This document shows, piece after piece, positions 38,055-46,976 of a stretch of 64,000 nucleotides of DNA. Each line of letters opens with the position of its first letter. The first letter of the stretch is position 1. Position numbers and translations under genes: made by a program. A model generated the notes under the pieces. The model was not told the origin of the DNA, did no database searches, and saw nothing but the letters and a program-made list of their open reading frames with translations. Source of the DNA: an uncultured Acidobacteriota bacterium (lineage in GTDB: Bacteria; Acidobacteriota; Thermoanaerobaculia; Multivoradales; SZUA-115); NCBI GenBank assembly GCA_963805975.1, contig CAWDVR010000002.1, forward strand, positions 992,001-1,056,000, read 5' to 3'.

Positions 38055-39249
38055 GGCAGGCCTCTCTGCTCGTGCTCGAGCCGGCGGCGGTGCTCCAGGC
38101 GGCGGGCTTCGAGGCGCAGGTTGACGGCCTCCGCCTCGGGCGCGGTGGGCAGAGAGGGCCAGAGCCCCTCACCCCAGCCCTCTCCCCCCTGCGGGGGGCG
38201 AGGGGGCCAGAGAGAGACCGTGGACTCCACCAGTGGCGCGCGCTCGAGCGTGGCGATGGGAAACGACGACTCTTGATCGGGCGACACCACCTCCTCCACC
38301 CCTGCACCCTCTGGCCCCCTCTCCCCGCGACGCGGGGAGAGGGTAGGGGTGAGGGGCGCTGCCGCCAGCGACTGTGCCCGAACCTCCTCACCCCGGCCCT
38401 CTTCCCCCCGCAGGGGGCGAGGGAGCCGGAATGGGAGGGGAGGCTCGGCACTGCGCCTCGCGCCGGCGGCCCGAATCGCCGAGGCCAGTTGGAAGCTCGG
38501 CAGAAGCCGCCTCGAGCCTCGGCGTCCTCCGTCCGCCTCACCCCGCGTGGCGGAGAAAGGGATGGGCTGAGGGGTGCCGCCTCACGCGGCTGCGCCCGCA
38601 ACCCCTCTCCCCGGCCTTCTCCTCCCTCCGCGGGGCGAGGGAGGCAGAGCGGGAGAGGTAGCTCCACCGTGGCCTCGCGCTCGAATGTCCTGGCGCGCCG
38701 AGGGAAGTCCTGGTTTCTGGAAGGCTCTTCTCTGGCCTCGACGCCCTGGGGCCGCTTCGCCCGAATCTCTCTACCCCAGCCCTCTTCCTCTTGCGGGGAC
38801 CGAGAGGGACGGAGCGGGAACGGAGCCTCCGCCTCGCTCTCAGACTGCACGGACCGCCGAGGGAGGTCGTGGTACCGGGAGAGCGGCGGGGAAGGGACTG
38901 GAGCGAGGGGCGGTGCCGCGGCCGCTCGCGCCCGAACCCCCTCACCCCGGTTCTCTCTCTGCGGCGGGCGAGGGGGCCGGAGGGGAAGCGGAGAGGAGAT
39001 GGGCGTCCGCGGTCGCGCGGTCGAGACCTGGCCGCCAGGAGACAGACCGTCCCGCCCCGGGACGAGGTCCGGCCGCGCGCGGCGCACGTCTTCCAGCCAG
39101 TGCGACGGCGGCCCACCGTGGGGCGGCGCGACGGTGGGCCGTTCTTCGGCGCCGCGCTCCGCGGCCTGGGGGCGCGCCTCTCCCTCGAGAGCGCGCGCCC
39201 AGCGGGCGAACAGGCGTGCGAGCCAGCGCCGGCGGGACCTGGCTGCCAT
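38042..39249 (-). CDS. low-complexity CIS hypothetical protein built from palindromic repeats; one frameshift near 38500-38540
   Basis: Recurring PRP..GEGxGEG peptide continues in a shifted frame to the 85-aa C-terminal ORF; span of 1208 nt is not a multiple of 3. Confidence 0.65.
38164..38980. repeat. cluster of about 8 degenerate CCCTCACCC..CCCTCTCCC..GGG palindromes, both orientations
   Basis: Copies near 38164, 38313, 38384, 38536, 38601, 38766, 38874, 38937; same family as 20975. Confidence 0.75.
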
Positions 39250-39255
39250 CTCGTC

Positions 39256-39741
39256 CTACCCGCGTTCCAGGTAGTTGAAGGTCAGCTCCATCTCCTCGAT
39301 GGCGGCCTTGTTGCCGAGCGCGTCGAGCGGCGTGCCGCGCCACGCGCAGGGCCAGGCCTCGTACAGGTTCCAGCGCGTCACCTCCTGGTCGCTGCCCTCG
39401 GTGTCGAGCAGCAGGATGGAGACGTTCTTGCGCTCGACCTTGCCCGCGGCGACCTCCATGAACCAGTCCCACAGCAGGCGCGAGGTGGTCATGCCCCAAC
39501 GCAGCGTCAGGTTGTCGTAGACGATCTTGCCCGGCAGGCGGTGGACGACGCGCCCGGCCCCGCCTTCGCGGAACTGGATCGCTTCGACGCGCGCGCCGAG
39601 CCCGGAGCACTCGGTGAAGTAACCCTCCACCTGGCCCTGGAACTCGAGGCGGAAGTTGTACGCGCGCCACGGGTCGACGTAGGTTCCCGGCTGCGCCGGG
39701 GACGGTTGACTCGCGGGCGGCTGAGCAGCGGCTTCCGGCAT
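39256..39741 (-). CDS. CIS tail tube protein (T4 gp19-like)
   Basis: DPWRAYNF, FTECSGL, FREGG, LPG, LTLRWG, RWNLYEAWP, AIEEMEL. Confidence 0.95.
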   Translation of the reverse strand: MPEAAAQPPASQPSPAQPGTYVDPWRAYNFRLEFQGQVEGYFTECSGLGARVEAIQFREGGAGRVVHRLPGKIVYDNLTLRWGMTTSRLLWDWFMEVAAGKVERKNVSILLLDTEGSDQEVTRWNLYEAWPCAWRGTPLDALGNKAAIEEMELTFNYLERG

Positions 39742-39744
39742 GGC

Positions 39745-40989
39745 TTACCCTCCTTCGCTTTCGATCGCGGCGCCGGCGGCGGTTTGACCGATCTGGAAAA
39801 TGACGAACTCGGCGGGCTTGACCGGGGCGAGGCCGATGCGCGTCACCACGCGCCCCTGGTCGATGGACTCGGGCGGATTGGTCTCTTCGTTGCACATCAC
39901 GAAGAAGGCCTGCTCGGGGCTCGAGCCCATCAGGGCACCGTCGCGCCAGAGCTGCAGCAGGAAGGCCCGCACGTCGCGCTCGATGCTCTTCCACAGCGAG
40001 CGGTCGTTGGGTTCGAACACCACCCAGCGGGTGCTCTTGGCGATCGACTCCTCCACCATGTTGAACAGGCGCCGCACGTTGAGATACCGCCACTCGCTCG
40101 ACGGGTCGGCCAGCGTGCGCGCACCCCAGACGCGGAAGCCCTCGCGCTGGAAGAAGCGCAGGCAGTTGACGCCGTTGTCGTTCAGCGCGCCCTGCTCGGC
40201 GTTGGTCAGCCGATAGGTGAGGTTGAGCGCGCCGTTGATCACCTCGTTGGCCGGCGCCTTGTGCACGCCGCGGTTGCCGTCCACCCGCGCGTAGATGCCG
40301 GCCAGATGGCCCGAGGGCGGGCAGTTGACCAGCCGCGTCGGGGCGAGCGGGTCCGCGACCGTGATCCACGGGAAGTAGAAGGCGCCGAAACCGCGGTCCG
40401 ACTGCCGGGGCCTGAGGCCCGCGGCGGGCGGCGCGGGTGCGGGCTCCGCAACGCCTTCCTCCGCACCTTCACGGCGCGTGCGCCGTGAAGTGGGGGCTGC
40501 CGGCGCCGCGCCCACCTCTTTCAGGCGGTCGATGTTCTCCACCTCCTCGGGCGCGTCGAGCACCGCCACGCGGTCCTCCATGCGCTCGCAGTGGGTGAGC
40601 ACCGCGTCGTAGGAAGCGGTGTCCGAGTAGCCCGGCGCGGCGACGATCGCCACCTCGTCGATCGCCTCGAGCAGGTCGAGCCCTTTCTTCTTGTTGCCGC
40701 TGCCGGTGAGCGCGCCGCCTTCGCCGACGTTGACCACGTAGCACCTTTGGCCGCCGTTCAAAAAGAAGCCGAAGACCGCGTGCGCGAGCGGCGTGGCCTC
40801 CGTGGCATCGCCGCAGAACTCGCGGCGGAACTGCTCGCGGTTGTTGATCGCGACCGCCTCGTCGAGATGCGCGCCGGAGAGCGGCGGCACCCCCACGAAG
40901 GCGGCCGTCGAGGTGCCTACGGCCTGGATCGGGCGCGCGCCGCTCGACACCTCCTGGATGTAGACGCCCGGGGTCGAGTAATTGGGCAT
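39745..40989 (-). CDS. CIS contractile tail sheath protein
   Basis: TPGVYIQEV, FFLNGG, YFPW, PPSGH, GVHKAPAN, WGARTL, VFEPN, APVKPAEFVIF. Confidence 0.95.
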   Translation of the reverse strand: MPNYSTPGVYIQEVSSGARPIQAVGTSTAAFVGVPPLSGAHLDEAVAINNREQFRREFCGDATEATPLAHAVFGFFLNGGQRCYVVNVGEGGALTGSGNKKKGLDLLEAIDEVAIVAAPGYSDTASYDAVLTHCERMEDRVAVLDAPEEVENIDRLKEVGAAPAAPTSRRTRREGAEEGVAEPAPAPPAAGLRPRQSDRGFGAFYFPWITVADPLAPTRLVNCPPSGHLAGIYARVDGNRGVHKAPANEVINGALNLTYRLTNAEQGALNDNGVNCLRFFQREGFRVWGARTLADPSSEWRYLNVRRLFNMVEESIAKSTRWVVFEPNDRSLWKSIERDVRAFLLQLWRDGALMGSSPEQAFFVMCNEETNPPESIDQGRVVTRIGLAPVKPAEFVIFQIGQTAAGAAIESEGG

Positions 40990-40991
40990 TG

Positions 40992-41663
40992 CTATTCCTC
41001 CTCGATCGGTTGAAAGTGAACGGTGAGCGGCTGTCGCTGGTTCCCGGCCGCGACGGCGAGCGTGCGGCCCTTGGCGTGGACGGTGAGCGGGCTCGGGCCC
41101 GCGGGCACGGCCGCGAAGTGGAAGCGGCCGTCGAGATCCGTGCGGGTGGCCTTGCCGCCGGCCGCGAGCTCGACCCTGGCGCCGGCGATCGGCACGCCGC
41201 CAGGCCCCAGCACCTGGCCCGAGAGCGAGGAGATCGGCTCGACGGAGATCTCGAGCGGCAGGCGAACCAGCGGCGCCAGCTTGAGCGGCCGCTCGCGGCG
41301 CGCCGGCAGCTTGAGCAGGAACGACGGCCGCGGCCGGGCCCCGAGCGCCCGCCACAGCTCGAGCGGCGGCGGCTCGAGCTCCACCTCGAGCCCCGGCGTC
41401 TCGAGCGCCGCGAAGGCGAGGTCGGCCAGCAGGCGGTGGGCCGAGGCCGGCTCGTCGCCCCAGGTGGAGACCAGGTATCGCAACAGGAGCTGAGAGAGCG
41501 GGCGGGCGGGATCGCGCGGCGGCGGGACCGGCGCGAGGTCCAGCAGATAGACGCTGACGCCGGCACCGGCCGCGTCGTCCGCGGGCGGCGCGAAGCTGAC
41601 CTCGACCTTGCCGGCGACGTTGCCGGCCCACTCGGCCAGGCGGGCATCGATCTGCTCGATCAC
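40992..41663 (-). CDS. Pvc16/DUF4255-like cap protein with C-terminal carboxypeptidase-regulatory-like domain
   Basis: VSFAPP..VSVYLLDL, LRYLVSTW, LWRALG...RPS; C-terminal GQVLGPGGVPIAGARV..TDLDGRFHF. Confidence 0.75.
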   Translation of the reverse strand: MIEQIDARLAEWAGNVAGKVEVSFAPPADDAAGAGVSVYLLDLAPVPPPRDPARPLSQLLLRYLVSTWGDEPASAHRLLADLAFAALETPGLEVELEPPPLELWRALGARPRPSFLLKLPARRERPLKLAPLVRLPLEISVEPISSLSGQVLGPGGVPIAGARVELAAGGKATRTDLDGRFHFAAVPAGPSPLTVHAKGRTLAVAAGNQRQPLTVHFQPIEEE

Positions 41664-41707
41664 GGCGACACCTGCGCCGCGCCCGAACGCGGATCTTTCT
41701 TGCTCAT
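41660..41707 (-). CDS. putative 15-aa leader peptide MSKKDPRSGAAQVSP
   Basis: ATG 41707 to TGA overlapping the GTG start of the first CIS gene (GTGA). Confidence 0.4.
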   Translation of the reverse strand: MSKKDPRSGAAQVSP

Positions 41708-41713
41708 GGGTGG

Positions 41714-41742
41714 CTTAGGCCCGGCCGGCCGGCCGGCGTTAC
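41714..41742 (-). promoter_or_regulatory. CIS-associated promoter-like motif, copy 3
   Basis: GTAAC-N17-GCCTAAG upstream of the CIS structural operon. Confidence 0.55.
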
Positions 41743-41753
41743 CGCCGCGCGGT

Positions 41754-41781
41754 CAAACAACGAGCGCGCGTCCTCCGTATC
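41754..41781 (+). promoter_or_regulatory. ECF-sigma-like promoter
   Basis: CAAAC-N17-CGTATC upstream of 41814. Confidence 0.45.
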
Positions 41782-41813
41782 CCTAGCGGGACGTCTCAGT
41801 GGAGGGCTGGAAC

Positions 41814-42374
41814 ATGATGCGAAAGATCGGCTGGACCGCCGTCGGGGCCGCGCTCGTACTCTGGCTCGCGCTCTCGGAAGCCGGCCGCGCCGTCACCGGC
41901 GAGGTGCAGGAGGTCTTCGTGCGCAACTTCCCCGAGCTGCAGGAGATCAAGGGCACCGTGAGCGTCGAGGGCCCCATCCGGCACTCCTCCTTCGAGCGCC
42001 GCGAGGGCGTCATCGTGCCGCCGGCCCGCCGCGGCGAGGTCGCCAACCTGACCTCCGCCGGGGTGATCGACACCGCCGGCTTCACCGGCGCGGTGCTCTC
42101 CCTCGAAGGCGAGGTGCGCGACAACCTCTTCGACTCCGGGCTGGTCGGCGCCCTGCTGATCCCGGACGAAGGGCCGGTGCTCCACGCCTTCCGCGAGGAC
42201 AGCCGCATCGAGTTCCCGCTCGAGGCCGCCGCCCAGGTCGATCCCCAGAAGGGCTCGCGCTTCAGCTCCGAGCCCACCGTCCGCCCCATCGCCTTCCCCC
42301 GCTACCGCGTCTTCCTCTACAACGGCAGCAACAAGAGCGTGGAGACGAACCTGTACGTGTATCTGACGAACTGA
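41814..42374 (+). CDS. secreted hypothetical protein
   Basis: GGAGG SD, signal peptide MMRKIGWTAVGAALVLWLALSEAGRA, beta-rich body. Confidence 0.75.
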   Translation: MMRKIGWTAVGAALVLWLALSEAGRAVTGEVQEVFVRNFPELQEIKGTVSVEGPIRHSSFERREGVIVPPARRGEVANLTSAGVIDTAGFTGAVLSLEGEVRDNLFDSGLVGALLIPDEGPVLHAFREDSRIEFPLEAAAQVDPQKGSRFSSEPTVRPIAFPRYRVFLYNGSNKSVETNLYVYLTN

Positions 42375-42405
42375 GGGGGCCCGGGCGCGGTAGAATTCTG
42401 AGCGC

Positions 42406-42603
42406 ATGCCCCGGAAGGTGCGCGACCTGATTCGAGACCTTCGGGCTGCGGGCTTCGTCGACCGGGGCGGCAAGGGGAGTCACCGGAACTTCGTTCATCC
42501 CAAGGTTTTGCGACCTGTGACCATCTCCGGCAAGAGCGGCGACGACGCGCGGCACTATCAGGAACGAGCCGTGGGGGCCGCCATCGAGGAGTCGAAGCAG
42601 TGA
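42406..42603 (+). CDS. hicA: HicA-family toxin
   Basis: L..AGF...GGKGSHRNFVHP...VTI. Confidence 0.9.
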   Translation: MPRKVRDLIRDLRAAGFVDRGGKGSHRNFVHPKVLRPVTISGKSGDDARHYQERAVGAAIEESKQ

Positions 42604-42839
42604 GAGACAGTGCGCGCTACGTGAAGATCGTCGAGTGGTCCAACGAGGACCAGTGCTACGTGGGAAGCTGTCCCGGCCTGCTTTACGGCGGTTGCCACGG
42701 TTCCGACGAGCAGGCGGTGTTCGCCGAGCTGTTGGAAATCGTGGAGGAAACGCTCGAGCTCTATCGTCGGGACGGTAAGTCCCTTCCTCCTCCGACCGCC
42801 GGCCGCGACTACGCCAACAGAATGCTCCAGGTGGCATAA
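42600..42839 (+). CDS. hicB: HicB-family antitoxin (short)
   Basis: EWSNEDQCYVGSCPGL..GCHG..LPPP; GTGA overlap with hicA. Confidence 0.85.
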   Translation: MRDSARYVKIVEWSNEDQCYVGSCPGLLYGGCHGSDEQAVFAELLEIVEETLELYRRDGKSLPPPTAGRDYANRMLQVA

Positions 42840-42938
42840 GCCAGACTAGAACCGGATTTCGCTTCCTTTAGGCTTCCACCGCCAGAGGACGCGGCTATTT
42901 GGCTGTGGGCTGCGCGACCGGGACGGCTGCCGAACTCC

Positions 42939-43757
42939 ATGCTTCACGCCGAAGTCAACGGCATCCGCCTCTGGTACGAGACCGCCGGCACGGGCGGCAC
43001 GCCCGTGGTGCTGGTGATGGGGCTCGGGTTTCCCGGCACCGCGTGGCGGCCGCAGGTGGCGGTGCTCGCCGAGCACCATCGCGTGGTGTTCTTCGACCAC
43101 CGTGGCATCGGCCGCTCCGGGCCGGCGCGTGGCATCCATCGCATGGAGACCCTGGCCGCCGACACGCTCGGCCTGATGGATCACCTCGGTTGGGAAAGGG
43201 CCCACCTCGCCGGCATCTCGATGGGCGGGCTGGTGGCGCTCGAGGCGGCGCTCACGGCTCGCGATCGGTTGCAGAGCCTCAGCCTGATCTCGAGCTACGC
43301 CGGCGGCGGCCTCAACTGGTTCCCCTGCCGGCAAGCGTGGCGCTGGATACCGCAGACGGTGCTGACTCGCGGCCGGCGGCGCATGGAGGCGCTCCAGAAC
43401 CAGCTCTTCTCCCGCGAGTACCTGGCGGGAGTCGATCGCGAGGTGCTCAGCCGCGAGATGGCCAAGAGCCTCGCGGCGATCGCTCCCCTCTCGACCCTCC
43501 TCGGCCAGATGGGCGGCCTGCTCCTCTACGACGCCCGCCCCAGGCTCTCCATGCTCCAAGACCTGCCGACGCTCATCGTCCAGGCCGGCCGCGACGTGAT
43601 GATCCCCTGCCGCAAGGGCGAAGAGCTGAAACGCCTGCTGCCCTGCGCGAGGCTCGTCACCTTCCCCGGCGCGGGGCATGGCGTAACGCTGGAAAAGACG
43701 GACGAGGTCAACCGGCTGCTTCTGGAGCACTTCCGGGAGGCGGAGACGCGGAAGTAG
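42939..43757 (+). CDS. alpha/beta hydrolase
   Basis: DHRGIGRS, GISMGG, GRD, GAGH. Confidence 0.9.
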   Translation: MLHAEVNGIRLWYETAGTGGTPVVLVMGLGFPGTAWRPQVAVLAEHHRVVFFDHRGIGRSGPARGIHRMETLAADTLGLMDHLGWERAHLAGISMGGLVALEAALTARDRLQSLSLISSYAGGGLNWFPCRQAWRWIPQTVLTRGRRRMEALQNQLFSREYLAGVDREVLSREMAKSLAAIAPLSTLLGQMGGLLLYDARPRLSMLQDLPTLIVQAGRDVMIPCRKGEELKRLLPCARLVTFPGAGHGVTLEKTDEVNRLLLEHFREAETRK

Positions 43758-43774
43758 GCGGCTACGTCGTGGCT

Positions 43775-46700
43775 CTACCCTCCGCTCTGGGCCGCCGCGG
43801 GCTTCGCGCTGAAGATCCAGCCCACTCGCGCCTTGAGCCCCTGCTGCACGTCGTCCAGCACCGCGTAGGCCACGGGCACGACGAGCAGGGTGAAGAAGGT
43901 GGCGGAGGACATGCCGCCGGTCAGGGTCAGGCCGAAGCTCCGGTAGGAGAGGCCGATCGAGCTGGCGCTGGCCCAGATCAGGGGCAGGGTGCCGAAGATG
44001 GTGGTGAGCGCCGTCATCATGATGGGCCGGAAGCGGTCGCGGGTGGCCTTGAGGATCGCTTCCGTGCGACTCCCAACCCTCCCGGCGCAGGCGGTTGACG
44101 TAGTCGATGAGCACGATGCCGTTGTTCACCACCACGCCGATCAAGAGCACCACCCCCACGAAGCCCAGCATGTCGATCGGCTTGCCCGCCGCGAGGTGGA
44201 GGCCCACGACGCCGATGAAGGCGAGCGGCAGCGTGACGAGGATCGAGAGCGGCAGCACGAGGCTCTCGAAGAGGAAGGCCATCAGTAGGTAGATGAAGAC
44301 GATCGACAGCAGGGCGGCGTAGGTGATGGCCTTGGCGTCCCGCGCCTCGGCCTGCTCGCGCGGGTTCTCCGTCTCGCCCTCGGTCCAGGTGACGCCTTCG
44401 GGCAGGTCCATGCGGCGGGCGAAGGCCCGCACCCGCTCGCGGGCGGCATCCTCCTCGCCCTCCGCGAGCTCCAGCGTCACGATGCGGGCCATTCGTTTGT
44501 TTCGGCGCTCGATGCGCTTGGCGCCGGGTACGATCTCGACGTCCGTCACCGAGGAGAGCGCGACCAGCGCGCCGCTCTCGCTCGGCACGTCGAAGTCCGC
44601 GAGCTGGGCCAGGCCCTCGCGGTCCTCCTCCGCGAAGCGCACGCGCACCGGGATGTCGCGGCCGTCCTGGTAGAAGCGCGGCAGGGCCTGGCCGCGCAGC
44701 GCATAGCCCACCACGCCGGCGATCGCCGTCGGGTTGATGCGCGCCCGCTCCGCGCGGTCGCGATCGACCACCAGGGCGAGCTCGTTTCTCGGCCGCTCGG
44801 CCGCGCGCTGGACCGCCACCACCCCGGGCACGCTCGCGAGGAGATCCTCGAGCTCGGTCCCCACCCGCTCGAGCGCGGCGGCGTCCTCGCCGTAGAGGGT
44901 GATGAGCGCCGTCGCGTCCTTCTCTTTCTCGTCTTCGTCGCCGCCGCTCGCGTAGAGCCGCACGCCCGGCTTCTCCGGCAGCAGGTCGAGGAGCTTCTCG
45001 GTGACCTGGCGCGGCGAGTACTTCGGCCTTCCGCCCTGCGGCGCCCAGCCCTGGATCTCGCCCCAGGTCTTGGTGTGGAAGAAGAAGTAGCCCTCGAGGC
45101 CGAGCTCCCCCTGGATGCGGGCCATCACCTGCTCGACGCTGCCGAAGTACTGCTCCGCGTCCTCCAGGGTGTAGCTCTGCGGCATCTCGACGTTGACCTC
45201 GAAAGTGCTGCGCTCGTCCTGATCCTGGAGCGCGACCTCGACGGTCTCGGTGGCGAGGAGGGCGATCGCACCGCCCAGCACCAGGAGCACGGCCACCCCG
45301 AGATCCACCCACCGCCGCCCGTGGAGGAAAAAGGCGAGCCAGCGCTCGTAGAGCCGCGCCAGACGGCCGAGCGTGGCGTCGTAGAGGCGCGAGAAGGTGG
45401 CCTCCATCCCCCGGTGGAGGCGCGTCCCGAGCGCCCGGTCCTCGTCCTCGACCCGCTCGGGCAGCGTCAGGTAGACGGCGAGCGGCACCACCACCAGGGC
45501 GACCAGCAGCGAGGCGAGGAGCGACACGGAGATGGGGATCGAGAGGCGCAGCAGGAAGAACTGCATCTCGCCCTCGACCAGCGACACGGGCAGGAAGACG
45601 GTGACCGAGGTCAGCGTGGCGAGAGTGATGGCGAGCGAGATCTCGCCCGCGCCGCGGATCGCCGCCTCGCGCCGCGAGAGGCCGGAGCGGTAGAAGCGGT
45701 AGATGTTCTCCGCCACCACGATCGAGTTGTCGACCAGCATGCCGACGCAGATCATCAGCCCCAGGAGCGACAGGATGTTGAAGGTCTCGCCCGCGAAGTA
45801 CATGACGGCGAGCGCCATGAAGAGCGAGATCGGGATCGAGAGCGTGATGATGATCGTCATCCGCGTGCGGCGCAGGAAGAAGAAGATCACCGCCACCGCC
45901 AGCCAGGCGCCTACCTTGCCGCTCTCGATCACCGTGTCGAGCGATTCCTTGATGACGCTGCCCTGGTCGAAGACCACCCGCAGGTCGACGCCGGAGAGGC
46001 GGGGGTTGGCCTCCAGCCGCGTGATCTCGGCATGGATCGCCTCGGAAACCGCCACGGAGTTGGCGTCCCCCTCCTTCAGCACCTCGATGAAGATCGACGG
46101 TCGGCCGTTGACCCGCGCCCGGTAGGTCTTCTCCGGCTCCTCGTACTTGACCTGGGCGATGTCTTTGAGGCGCACCGCGGGCGCCACCAGGCGGTTGGCG
46201 AGCGCCTCCACGCTGTCGTAGCGGGCCACGGAGCGCAGCAGGAGCTTCCGGTCGGCGGTGAGCACGCTGCCCGAGGCGAGCGAGAAGTTGTCGTTCGCCA
46301 GCCGCTCCGCGAGCTGGTAGATGTTGAGCCCGCTACCCTCGGTCGCGGCGCGGTCGAGCTCGATCAGGATCTCTTTCTCCTCGAGGCCGTGGGCGGTGAC
46401 CGAGGCGATGCCGTCGATGCGCTCGAGGCGCAGCAGAACCTCGTTCTGCAGCAGGTCGTAGGGATCGGCGAGGCCGGGATCGACGGTCGCCACGATGAAC
46501 GCGATGGGGAAGCCCGAGGTGTCCTCTTTGCGGATGAAGATGCGGTCGGCGTCCTCGGGCAGCCGGCCGCGGGCGCGCTCGATCCGGTCCCGCACCTCGC
46601 GGTAGGCCACCTTCATGTCCGTGCCCTGCTTGAAGAACAGGCGGCAGCTCCCGCGCCCGGTCGAGGCGAAGGAGTTGATGCGGTCGAGGCCGCGCACCGT

Positions 46701-46976
46701 CGCCAGCTCCTCTTCGAGCGGCAGCACCACCTTCTGCATCACCTCTTCCGCCGGCGCGTCGCGCCACGGCACGTCGACGCCGAGCGAGGGGCTGGTATAT
46801 CCCCGCGGGAACATCTCGAGCGGGATGCCGATCGTGGCCACCAGGCCGACCACCAGCACGGTCGCGGCCAGCATCAGCACGGTGATGCGCCGCTCGAGCG
46901 AGAAGCGCGGCAGGAAGAGCTCCGCCGCAGTGAGCGAGGGAAGCCTCGCGGGCTCGGGGACAGGGCCTTCGCTCAC
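43775..46976 (-). CDS. RND efflux permease (AcrB family), one frameshift at 44072-44074
   Basis: VGMLVDNSIVVAENI, GVVVNNGIVLIDY; one extra G in TGGGAG separates RFRPIMMTALTT C-terminus. Confidence 0.9.

Noticed and set aside
38072-39274. 400-aa plus-strand ORF antisense to the repeat-rich CIS gene
   Set aside because: Explained by palindromic, very GC-rich sequence with few stops; the minus-strand gene fits the operon
28667-41663. Prophage interpretation of the tail genes
   Set aside because: No capsid, portal, terminase, integrase or replication genes; gene set and order are CIS-like
28667-41663. Canonical type VI secretion system
   Set aside because: Single-chain sheath and gp19-type tube; no TssB/C pair, TssJLM, TssK or ClpV
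41721-41737. (CCGG)n microsatellite as a phase-variation switch
   Set aside because: Only about four units in very GC-rich DNA; it does form the motif spacer, but nothing shows length variation
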